The translations under genes were made by a program, and so were the position numbers. A model generated the notes under the pieces. The model saw nothing but the letters and a program-made list of their open reading frames with translations. It had not been told where the DNA came from and made no database searches. This document shows, piece by piece, positions 29,892-39,193 of a stretch of 64,000 nt of DNA; position 1 is the first letter of the stretch; the number at the start of each line of letters is the position of its first letter. The DNA comes from a virus: the IMG/VR virus record IMGVR_UViG_3300043539_001475, positions 1-64,000 of that record; one strand, given 5' to 3'.

Positions 29892-32800
29892 ATGACTATT
29901 AAACAAAAATTCGAAAGGATAGACCAAAGCAAACTTGAGCCAAATCAAGTAAATGCCTTAAAAATTGTGGTAGATTTTACTGAAAATTTTAAAACAAAGG
30001 ACAAGGAAAAAATTAAGATTACTAACGACAAGCTAGATACTATTATTGGTAAGTTGCAGGAAAAAAATCCTGATGCTTTGAAGCCAATTCCTACTGCTAA
30101 AAAATCAGTAGGTGCTAAAAAAACTACTAGTGTTAAAACGCCAAAAAGAAATGTTTTTTCGGTTGCCAAAGAAATTAAGAAAGCAGGAGAAACTTTTGAG
30201 CAAGCAAAGGTTAGAGCTTCTAAAATGATGAAGCAAGAAAAGGAAGAGGCTAATAAAATAGTCAAAACTGAAATGCAAAAGCTACAAGAGTACATTAAAG
30301 AGCATAAAGAGCTTCAAGGTATTTCTGGAACTGATTTAGGTAGAGATGCGGTTAGAGTTGCTAAAGTTGGTGGTGTAAGAACTGTAACTCGTTCAGGCTC
30401 TACAACAAATCAATATGGTACTTTTGACAATAAGCTAGGTAGAAGATATAGCGAAAATAGAGAAAACCGTAAAGATAGACTTGCGCCAAACTATCCTAAA
30501 TATGCTCCTTTGTTGGAGAATGGTGGAGTGGTTAGAACTTTTGATGATGTTTTTGGAAAGACTAAAATTTTTAAAGAAGAAAAGGTAGGTAAATTTACAA
30601 TCGGAATAAGTAGTGGCTTTAGAGATAATAGACACGTTTATATTTACGAGGGAGGATTAGGAGAGTACAATGGAAAATCATTGCCAAAAAACTTCAGACA
30701 ATCTCCACAACTATCAATTTCTGAAGCAAACGACTATTATTCTCATTTAAAGAAAAAAAATGAGAAAATGGAATTAGGCGGTACTTTCGCTCCAAATGTT
30801 TCAAACGGAACTCAATTCATGGGTAGTGTTTATGCAAAAGGCGGAGACCTTAAAGGTTTTAGCGATAATCAACTTATGATAATGAATCAAAATAATCAGC
30901 TAGAATATTACCAAGAAGAATTGGAGGATATTTTAGAAGATAAGACCGAAGTCCCTGCTTGGGTAGTTGCCGAGATGGCTACTGCCACTCAAAACATTTC
31001 TGATGTCACACATTATTTAGATGGAGAAAAAGAAATTTTAGAAGAAGAGCAAGAAAATTTAATGGAGCAAGAGGATGAAGACGAAGTAATTGTAAATAAC
31101 ATTCCTCTTCCTTCGGCTAAAAAAACTGAACTAACCAAAAAGTTTACTGAAGATGCTTTAGTTAATTTGAAAGGGTTCTTAAAAGGCAAAGAAGGAGTAG
31201 AGTTAGAAGACGATTATACTTTTATTTACAACGGAGAAAAATATGAAATTGAACCAATAATTGATAGTGATGATGATGGTGTTTTAAATGCCTTGTTTAC
31301 AGTTTACAATAAAGATGATGAGGAAGTTGGAGAAATAACCTATATGCGTGGAAGTGGAAAACAAAAGTTTAATGCTAAATCAAATTTCTTCAAGTGGAGT
31401 AATACAAAATTTGCAGATGGTGGTGCTATAAAAAATCAATATGAGAGCAGGACAATCGAAAATATTTGGAATAATTGGACACTATCACAAAAACTACATT
31501 TTTTAAGTGACCATTCTGAAGAGGTTTATGGAAGTCCATCGGTAAAAGGTCAAGTTAATAATAAAATAAATGAGTTTTTCGGTAAACTAATTTATCAAAA
31601 ATATGACGATTTGCCTTTAAATACAAAAGTTGCTTTGATTATGCACACAACTCGTGGTCAATATGCTTATGGTGGAGGAATGGAAGGAAATAACATTGAT
31701 GCTGAATTAGAAGACTTTGATATAGATGAATTAGACGATTTTGAAACTATGCAGTACAATCAGTTTTTACCAAGTTCAGGTAAAGTTGGTGCATTGCAGA
31801 TTCTTATAAATAATGTTGAGGGAGATTATTCTCAATTAAGCGAAGAATTGGCTGAATTGGCTGAAAAGCAAATGTCAAGCGAAGAATATGACGAAGCGAC
31901 AAGGGATATGAGATTTGAAAGAGATGGGTACGCCAACGGCGGAATGATGGCTAAAGGCGGTGCTTTTAAACCTTACGGAAAAACAAAAGGAAGATATACA
32001 ATAAATTACATAGCAGATTCTAAAAAGCAGTCAGAAATTTGGGAAACAAAAGAAATGGCTGTAACTAATGCAAAAAGATATACTAAAATTGATGAATATT
32101 CAGATGTAATGGTTTTTGATGATAAAGGCACAAAAATAGATTTTCTATACGGAGGGTCTTATGCTGACGGGGGAGAATTAAAAGGCAAATTTTTAGCAGA
32201 AATTGGAGTTCCTTACAATTACGAAAAAGTTGTTGAAGATAAATTCGGATTTACTGAATTTTTATCAAAAACACTTACAAAAAAATGGTTTGGTAATGGT
32301 GTTTGGCGTGTTACAATGGTAAAGCCATTATTTGAAAAAAACTACGGGCAAAAAATAGTTGTTGAAATTGACATACCTTTAGGGGTAACTCAAGGAGGCG
32401 GGTTAGATAAGTTTGACGTTTTAGAATTTATGTCAAAAACATTAACTAAAAAATGGTTTGGTAACGGTGTCTGGAGTGTTGAAGTAGTTAACAGTTACGC
32501 TGACGGTGGAGAGTTAAATGGACAAGAAACTATAAATTTAAAATCTTATAATATTCACGGTCAACTTTTAGATAGTGGTAAAATCGTTGTAGATTACGAT
32601 GATAGCACAATTCAGTTCCCATCGGGAAAAACACTTAAAGTTGTTCCCGACAGGGAGTTTACTTATAGGTTTCAAAAAACACAAATCAAAGCATCACAAG
32701 GAATAAGAGGTTTGGTTGAGTTCTTAAAAGAAATAAACAATGAAAAAAGTCCTTTTAATCCGTCAGTAACAAGTTTATTTATTGATTTTGGCAAAGATGG

Positions 32801-35800
32801 TAAATACGCTAACGGAGGCTCACTTCCATTTATGACAGACCCTACTTTTGGAAACTTTCAAAATCAAGTTTATGCTAAAGGCGGTATTATTGTTACTAAA
32901 ATTAAAGATATACCTAACTTGAAAGACAAGGTAGAAAAAGGACAAGTAACTTATAGAGGTTTGGGCTTAGGAAAATTGGCTGATGACTTTTATAAATTAG
33001 CAGGTCAAAACGGAACTAGAATTAAAGTTGATGGGCAAGAGTATTTTATAACCGATGATGATTTTAAGGAATTGGATTGGGATTTTAAAAATGAAAAATG
33101 GATGAACAAAGTTAGATTTAGTGCATCTGCTAGAAAATATGATATAGGCGGAGTTGTGGTTGAGGATTTAGCTGGTCATACTGGCGGTTCTTTTAGCACA
33201 AATACTCCAACTTTATTAAGTGGAGTTAGCGACACTAATTATGGTGGTCTTACAGGTGAAACTGGCGCTATGTCTGCTGGTGAAATGTTTGCAACAGGAG
33301 GTTCCCTTGAAGAATTTAGCGATAATCAACTTATGATAATGAATCAAAATGTTGAACTAGAACATCACCAAGAGGAATTGGAGGATATTTTAGAGGATAA
33401 GACTGAAATACCTGCTTGGGTAGTCGCTAAAATGGCTACTGCTACTCAAAGCATTTCTGATGTTACGAATTATTTAGACGGAGAAAAAGAAATTTTAGAA
33501 GAAGATGACGAAATCGTAAATGAAACTACTCTTACTTTGGCAAAAAAAAATGAACTAACAAATAAGTTTACAGAAGACGCTTTGGTTAATTTCAAAGGGT
33601 TCTTAAAAGGTATGGAAGATATTGATTTGAGAGATGATTATAGTTTTGACTATAGAGGACAAAGATTTGAAATATACCCAATTGTAAACGCTGACGAAAA
33701 TGGTGTTTTTGATGCCATGTTTAGTATTTTTAATGTGGATGGAGAAAAAGTGGGAGATGTTTCTTATAGTATCTACGGTGGAAAACAAAAGTTTACAGCC
33801 AACTCTGAATTTTTCGGTTGGAATAATACGAAGTTTGCATACGGTGGAAAGACTAAAATAGGGCAATCAATGAAAGAACTTTACATTGGACAAATTGCCT
33901 CATTAACAGGCACAAGAACAGTTGGTATTGAAAAGTTTTTAGATGATAATAAATTAACTGAATCTGAATTATCAAATTTGATGACAGGTATTGGTAGAGG
34001 TATGGTAAAAAGAAACGATTTTGTTACTGCTTTAGTAGGAGAAAAAGGAAACCCTATTCAAAAAGAAATAATTGCCTTTGCAAAATCTGATAAAGCATAT
34101 AAAATGGCTTATGGCGGAGTTGTGGTTGAGGATTTAGCTGGTCATACTGGCGGTTCTTTTAGCACAAATACTCCAACTTTATTAAGTGGAGTTAGCGACA
34201 CTAATTATGGTGGTCTTACAGGTGAAACGGGCGCTATGTCTGCTGGCGAAATGTTTGAAATGGGCGGAGGACTTCCATCTGGTGCAGAACAAAGGTATGT
34301 AGATTATTATTTAAACCCTTCTCCAATTTTAGCAGAAGGAGGTAAAGTAGATTCGTTCATCCCTAATGTTGGTACTATAGACAATTATATGTTAAAATCA
34401 TTGTTGATTAGGAATCCTAAAGTAAAATTGGCTTTGGGTGACAAAGAATTTGAATTTTTAAAAAATAAAAATACTGATTGTATTGGAGTAAGTAGTAAAC
34501 CGTATAACGTAATTGTTACAGATGGTAAAGAAGAGTTTGAGTTAGATATGAAAAAATGGTCGCTTACAAAACCTCTTACAGAAGCAAGAACTAAAATAAA
34601 ATCTCATTATTCTGCAAATTACGCAGAAGGAGGTTCACTAGAAGCCCACGGTATAGAAGAAGGAGATACTTTTATTAAAACAATAGCAGGTAGTATTCAA
34701 AAAGTAAAAGATGTAGACGGAAAAATTGTTTTCATTAACCTATCTACGGGCGAAAGAGATTCTCAACCACCTTTGCCGTTTAAAAAAGGAGGCAATGTTG
34801 ATGGCAAGTGGGTAAACCATAGTCAAGACTACGAGGTTAGATATGCAAAAGGTAAAAACCGACATGGTTACGGTCATATTAAATATTTAGGAGGCGGTGT
34901 AGTTGATGGGGCTTTAAACAAAAAAGTTTATGATTTAGCGAGTAAAAGCGGTTTTTTAATTAGTGATTGGAGTACTTCTGAATATAACTTAATTTTAGCT
35001 CAAGCATTAGTTGAATCTTTAACGGATGCTAATTTCCACAGTGAAGCTAAAGAGGTTGTTGCTAAATTAGAAAAGAAACCGTGGTCTGATGAAATGTATG
35101 AAACAGTTTATTATGACCCTGATAAAGATGTTGTTGAATTTTCTATCACAGTAGCTAGAATTTGTGATTATGGTGGAGATGATATTGTAAACGCATATTA
35201 CTATTTGGCTAAAATGCAAGGCTCAAGCGTTGGTAATTTGATTGACGACTTATTTTTAAGTAAATCTAAAACAACTGGCTATAAAATAAAACCAAGTACT
35301 GTTAGCTTTTCTATATTTGAAAAAATAATTAATGAAAGTAAATCTGAAGAAGATGCTTTTAACAAAGCAAGAGAAGTAAAAGGTATTCCTCTTGAAGTAT
35401 CTAAATCTTTTATGAATAAATACGACCCAAATAGAGAATTAACACCTAGACAATCTTTTTCTAAATTTTATAAAGAAGTAAAAGCAAATGCTTCAAAACC
35501 AAGCACTGTTAGCTTCAAACCAACTGTTGAATTTAACGTAGGTGATGTGGTTTGGAATAAAGAAGATAAAAGATACGGAGTTGTAATGGATAACTACGAC
35601 AATAAGACAGACGGAAATAGAGGTGAAATAAGGCTTGATTCTACTGGCAATACTTATATTTTTGAATACGACAAAAAATCTAATAGAAACGGCTACAATC
35701 TTGTTAAGTTTGGCTCTAGCGAAGATGATGGAGACGGAGATGTTCAAGATATAAAAGACAGTGCCAATAGATTGATAAAATCTCAAATTGAATATAAAGA

Positions 35801-37619
35801 CAAAAAAAAGGAAAAGTATTATAGAGAAATTTTCAAAAGAGTTTTAGGGGGTGAGTTTGATAAAAAAACAAAATCAAACTTAAATCGACATGGATTTAAT
35901 GTAAAAATCGAAGAGGTTTCTGCAACCGAAAACGGAAAAAACAAATTGCTATATGGAGCAAATATCTTTTTTAAAGACGATTTAGTAAGGTTTTTTCCAG
36001 CAGTTAGTGGTGATAGAAAAAAAATAGAAGATAGCATAGAATCTTGGTTTAAAAGTTTAAAATCTTGGGAAAAAAATAATCCTCAATCAAGAAAAAGCGG
36101 AGACTTTGTTGTTTTTTACAATCAGAGAGGTGATGAGGCTAAAATGACTTTTGACAACAAAAAAGATGCCTATGATTTTTACGATGCTTTGAAAAAGGTA
36201 GAAGCTGATAACATTATTGTTTCAGAAGCACCTATTGCAAAAATGATTCCTAATCTTAAAAAATATTACGTTTCTCACGACAATATTGAGAGCGTTACAT
36301 TAAAAAAAGGAGGTAAAGAGGTAACTTACGATGCAAAAGATGTTTTGAACGGTGCTAATATGCTTGAAAAAGGAGGTCGAGTAGAAAAGATAGCAAACTA
36401 TATTTCTAAAAACAATGTAGTTCATGTTGAATTAAAAGACGGAACACACATTAAGCCTTCTAATGGATATTGGATTAAGAAAGGGGCTACTCCAATTAAT
36501 AAAATGGATGAAGGCGGAAACTTAGATAAAGTTAAATGGCAAGATGCAGAAATAGGAGATAGCGCAAGGGTTAAAGATGTGAATAGAATGGGGCTTATAA
36601 TTAAAAATTATGGTAGAAAATTTCATTTAATGTTTCCTAACGGAACAGAAAAAACTTTTGACGCTTCTGATTTAGAGTTTTTCAAATTAGAAAAAGATGA
36701 ATATGAAATGGACGATGATTATAATTACAAAAAAGGCGGAAAAGTAGAAGAAGCAACTATCAATAAAGATGGTATTCGAGTACGTTCTGTTTCACAACCT
36801 AAAAAGAAGCTTACAGAAGCTGAATGGTTGGCTAAATATAGCGAATCTAAAGAAGCTAGAAGCTACAAGTCAGGTGGTGATTTAAGCAAGTACAGCGAGT
36901 TTATACAAGACGAGTTTGCTTCATCAAAAAGATTGGCTAATAAGTTTGCTAAAAAATACAATTTACCGTTCTTAGTTTTGGTTGAAAAAGATAATGATGA
37001 TGAAATTTATGTAAAAGAAGCAAACGGATTTTACGCATTTCCAAAATCATATATCGATGCTCACGATGTGCTTTATGTAACTGCGGATAAAATGGCTGAA
37101 GGTGGAGTAACCTTTGATGAAAAATCAAGCTCAATAGCCAAGAAATTTGTAGGCAAAGCTGTCGAACCTAAATACCAAAAAGAATACGGAAAAGTTTACT
37201 CTAAAGAGGAGGCTAATGAAGTAGGAGACAAGATTGCAGGTAGTATGGTAGCAAAAGAGAAAATGAAAAAAGGTGGTGATTTTCCAGATTACGGAGAAAC
37301 AGTAGATGCAAAAGACATTGATTACGATATGAAAAGTTATTTTAATAGGACTAATAAAAAATTAGTGATAACTACTAAAGATAACAAGAAATCGAATGGT
37401 TCAGTTACCAAATTCTACAATGATTTAATATTTGTGACAAAAGAAAAACACGATATTCCATTAAAAGATATTCGAAATGTAAAAATTTTGGAAGAAAAAA
37501 TGGCTAAAGGTGGTGTGACTAATAGAGGTGGTATTATGCTATTAGCTAAACAGATACGAAAAGAAAACGAAAGTTGGAAAGACGCATTAAAGAGAGCTGG
37601 AGAGCAATTGAGAAAGTAG
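29892..37619 (+). CDS. 2575-aa putative virion core polyprotein with about 28 [FYML]xxGG motifs
   Basis: Repeated YAKGG/FADGG/YANGG/MAKGG etc.; internal duplicated modules; basic termini. Confidence 0.75.
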   Translation: MTIKQKFERIDQSKLEPNQVNALKIVVDFTENFKTKDKEKIKITNDKLDTIIGKLQEKNPDALKPIPTAKKSVGAKKTTSVKTPKRNVFSVAKEIKKAGETFEQAKVRASKMMKQEKEEANKIVKTEMQKLQEYIKEHKELQGISGTDLGRDAVRVAKVGGVRTVTRSGSTTNQYGTFDNKLGRRYSENRENRKDRLAPNYPKYAPLLENGGVVRTFDDVFGKTKIFKEEKVGKFTIGISSGFRDNRHVYIYEGGLGEYNGKSLPKNFRQSPQLSISEANDYYSHLKKKNEKMELGGTFAPNVSNGTQFMGSVYAKGGDLKGFSDNQLMIMNQNNQLEYYQEELEDILEDKTEVPAWVVAEMATATQNISDVTHYLDGEKEILEEEQENLMEQEDEDEVIVNNIPLPSAKKTELTKKFTEDALVNLKGFLKGKEGVELEDDYTFIYNGEKYEIEPIIDSDDDGVLNALFTVYNKDDEEVGEITYMRGSGKQKFNAKSNFFKWSNTKFADGGAIKNQYESRTIENIWNNWTLSQKLHFLSDHSEEVYGSPSVKGQVNNKINEFFGKLIYQKYDDLPLNTKVALIMHTTRGQYAYGGGMEGNNIDAELEDFDIDELDDFETMQYNQFLPSSGKVGALQILINNVEGDYSQLSEELAELAEKQMSSEEYDEATRDMRFERDGYANGGMMAKGGAFKPYGKTKGRYTINYIADSKKQSEIWETKEMAVTNAKRYTKIDEYSDVMVFDDKGTKIDFLYGGSYADGGELKGKFLAEIGVPYNYEKVVEDKFGFTEFLSKTLTKKWFGNGVWRVTMVKPLFEKNYGQKIVVEIDIPLGVTQGGGLDKFDVLEFMSKTLTKKWFGNGVWSVEVVNSYADGGELNGQETINLKSYNIHGQLLDSGKIVVDYDDSTIQFPSGKTLKVVPDREFTYRFQKTQIKASQGIRGLVEFLKEINNEKSPFNPSVTSLFIDFGKDGKYANGGSLPFMTDPTFGNFQNQVYAKGGIIVTKIKDIPNLKDKVEKGQVTYRGLGLGKLADDFYKLAGQNGTRIKVDGQEYFITDDDFKELDWDFKNEKWMNKVRFSASARKYDIGGVVVEDLAGHTGGSFSTNTPTLLSGVSDTNYGGLTGETGAMSAGEMFATGGSLEEFSDNQLMIMNQNVELEHHQEELEDILEDKTEIPAWVVAKMATATQSISDVTNYLDGEKEILEEDDEIVNETTLTLAKKNELTNKFTEDALVNFKGFLKGMEDIDLRDDYSFDYRGQRFEIYPIVNADENGVFDAMFSIFNVDGEKVGDVSYSIYGGKQKFTANSEFFGWNNTKFAYGGKTKIGQSMKELYIGQIASLTGTRTVGIEKFLDDNKLTESELSNLMTGIGRGMVKRNDFVTALVGEKGNPIQKEIIAFAKSDKAYKMAYGGVVVEDLAGHTGGSFSTNTPTLLSGVSDTNYGGLTGETGAMSAGEMFEMGGGLPSGAEQRYVDYYLNPSPILAEGGKVDSFIPNVGTIDNYMLKSLLIRNPKVKLALGDKEFEFLKNKNTDCIGVSSKPYNVIVTDGKEEFELDMKKWSLTKPLTEARTKIKSHYSANYAEGGSLEAHGIEEGDTFIKTIAGSIQKVKDVDGKIVFINLSTGERDSQPPLPFKKGGNVDGKWVNHSQDYEVRYAKGKNRHGYGHIKYLGGGVVDGALNKKVYDLASKSGFLISDWSTSEYNLILAQALVESLTDANFHSEAKEVVAKLEKKPWSDEMYETVYYDPDKDVVEFSITVARICDYGGDDIVNAYYYLAKMQGSSVGNLIDDLFLSKSKTTGYKIKPSTVSFSIFEKIINESKSEEDAFNKAREVKGIPLEVSKSFMNKYDPNRELTPRQSFSKFYKEVKANASKPSTVSFKPTVEFNVGDVVWNKEDKRYGVVMDNYDNKTDGNRGEIRLDSTGNTYIFEYDKKSNRNGYNLVKFGSSEDDGDGDVQDIKDSANRLIKSQIEYKDKKKEKYYREIFKRVLGGEFDKKTKSNLNRHGFNVKIEEVSATENGKNKLLYGANIFFKDDLVRFFPAVSGDRKKIEDSIESWFKSLKSWEKNNPQSRKSGDFVVFYNQRGDEAKMTFDNKKDAYDFYDALKKVEADNIIVSEAPIAKMIPNLKKYYVSHDNIESVTLKKGGKEVTYDAKDVLNGANMLEKGGRVEKIANYISKNNVVHVELKDGTHIKPSNGYWIKKGATPINKMDEGGNLDKVKWQDAEIGDSARVKDVNRMGLIIKNYGRKFHLMFPNGTEKTFDASDLEFFKLEKDEYEMDDDYNYKKGGKVEEATINKDGIRVRSVSQPKKKLTEAEWLAKYSESKEARSYKSGGDLSKYSEFIQDEFASSKRLANKFAKKYNLPFLVLVEKDNDDEIYVKEANGFYAFPKSYIDAHDVLYVTADKMAEGGVTFDEKSSSIAKKFVGKAVEPKYQKEYGKVYSKEEANEVGDKIAGSMVAKEKMKKGGDFPDYGETVDAKDIDYDMKSYFNRTNKKLVITTKDNKKSNGSVTKFYNDLIFVTKEKHDIPLKDIRNVKILEEKMAKGGVTNRGGIMLLAKQIRKENESWKDALKRAGEQLRK

Positions 37620-37640
37620 TTTTCACGATGTAATCTCAAT

Positions 37641-37676
37641 AAAAAAAGGGCGGTATTAATTTACCACCCTTTTTTT
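37641..37676. terminator. intrinsic terminator
   Basis: aaaaaaagggcggta...taccacccttttttt. Confidence 0.8.
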
Positions 37677-37776
37677 ATACATATAAAATAAAATAATAAA
37701 AACCTAATCTAAATGCCTTGATATTTAATAAATTATTATATTTGCTAATTATATAAACTTTAAAAATAAAATTACT

Positions 37777-38301
37777 ATGGAAAAAATTAATGAATTACTA
37801 GGAAAATTAGAAAACAGAGTTACTCCTGCAATTGCAAAAAGATTGAAAGGATATGAGGGGTTGAATCAAAAGGTTGCTTTAGCCGAAGCAGAACATTTAG
37901 AAAATCCAACTGACGAGTCAGAGGAATCATTAAACGATATTAAAGAATACGTTTCTGAAGTGTTAGATGATTTGATTGAAGATTTGGAAAATTTAGTAGA
38001 GGTTAAAAATAAAAAATCAGAGGAAAAAGCTGAACAACAAAAAGCTGAACAACAAAAAGCTGAACAACAAAAAGCTGAACAACAAAAAGCTGAAGCAGAA
38101 AAAGCTGAAGCAGAAAAAGCTAAAGAGGAAAAAGCTCCCGTATCAGTAGAGCCGATAAAAGTAGTAGAAAAAGCAGAAGAGACCAAAACAGAAATTGTTA
38201 AGGAAAAGAAAAGTGGTCTTGGCGTGGTTGGACTAGTAATAGGTGTCGCTTTACTTATTGGTTCTGTCGGAGCATTTAATATAATGAAAACTAATAGATA
38301 G
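37777..38301 (+). CDS. tail-anchored membrane protein with (KAEQQ)n repeat
   Basis: 15-bp repeats 38026-38120; C-terminal TM GLGVVGLVIGVALLIG; TATATTTG at 37737. Confidence 0.75.
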   Translation: MEKINELLGKLENRVTPAIAKRLKGYEGLNQKVALAEAEHLENPTDESEESLNDIKEYVSEVLDDLIEDLENLVEVKNKKSEEKAEQQKAEQQKAEQQKAEQQKAEAEKAEAEKAKEEKAPVSVEPIKVVEKAEETKTEIVKEKKSGLGVVGLVIGVALLIGSVGAFNIMKTNR

Positions 38302-38468
38302 TGGATACTAAAAAGAAAATAATTTTAGGTGTTGTTTTTGTCGTAGTCGCAATAGGCGGATTTGCGCTTACTAAATACCTTACAAGGAATACAAAGCGTT
38401 ATAAATATAATACAATAATACTACCAAAGGAAGACATTAAACCAATGTCATCCGAAGATGTACAATAA
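38301..38468 (+). CDS. small N-terminal TM protein
   Basis: GTG start, (M)DTKKKIILGVVFVVVAIGGFALTKY..., translated by hand. Confidence 0.55.
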   Translation: MDTKKKIILGVVFVVVAIGGFALTKYLTRNTKRYKYNTIILPKEDIKPMSSEDVQ

Positions 38469-38473
38469 AAAAT

Positions 38474-39187
38474 ATGGAAAAATTTACAAAATTAGACGAT
38501 TTTAATATTTCTGATTTACCGTATAGATTTGTATTTGGTAAAGAAGACTACTCTTTACCTAATGTTAAACAAGCTAACGTAAAAACTCTTATTGATATAA
38601 AGACTAATTATGGAAAATCCATAGAAAAGTGGTCTAATGTATTTGAGTTAGGTATTCCGATGTTATCTTCTTTTATAGCAGTGGAAAGCTCTGGTAAAAT
38701 GGTAGGCAAAAATCAAGCAGGTGCAATAGGATTAACACAAGTTACTTCGGTATTAATTAGGGAATCTATTTCTAAATTTAAAATAATTACAAACGTAAAT
38801 CTACCTCAGATAGCGGAGTCGTCAATAAAACTAAAAGCACCTTTTTTATTATCCCTTACCCCAAATAACCAAAGTCTGTCTGCCTCAGAAACTTCTAAAT
38901 TAGAGGCTCTATTAAAATCAGATAGTGATTTTAATATTCTCATGGGTGCGTTAGGTTTAAGATGGGGGTTAGAAATTACAAAAGCATTAGGGAAGACTTA
39001 TTTGCAAAAAGGAATAATTGCTTATAACCAAAGCGCTTATGGTGATATTTCTAGGTATAAAAATAAATATGTAAAAACAATAACCTTGTTTAAAGATAGA
39101 GGAATACCTAAAGAAACTAGAAATTATCTAGTTAAAATTTTAGGCATAGACGGATTCTTAGAGCTATATGCAAAGGAAAATATATAA
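38474..39187 (+). CDS. lytic transglycosylase (SLT family)
   Basis: IAVESSG (catalytic E), GAIGLTQV, IAYNQ, KETRNYL. Confidence 0.82.
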   Translation: MEKFTKLDDFNISDLPYRFVFGKEDYSLPNVKQANVKTLIDIKTNYGKSIEKWSNVFELGIPMLSSFIAVESSGKMVGKNQAGAIGLTQVTSVLIRESISKFKIITNVNLPQIAESSIKLKAPFLLSLTPNNQSLSASETSKLEALLKSDSDFNILMGALGLRWGLEITKALGKTYLQKGIIAYNQSAYGDISRYKNKYVKTITLFKDRGIPKETRNYLVKILGIDGFLELYAKENI

Positions 39188-39193
39188 AAAAAA

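Noticed and set aside
33153-34268. DGR template/variable repeat pair
   Set aside because: The only differences I see are two synonymous third-position changes, both copies are in frame within one gene, and there is no reverse transcriptase
29892-37619. Tape measure protein or virion RNA polymerase
   Set aside because: No long amphipathic helical/TM repeats, no DxDGD motif noticed, and no neighbouring tail genes
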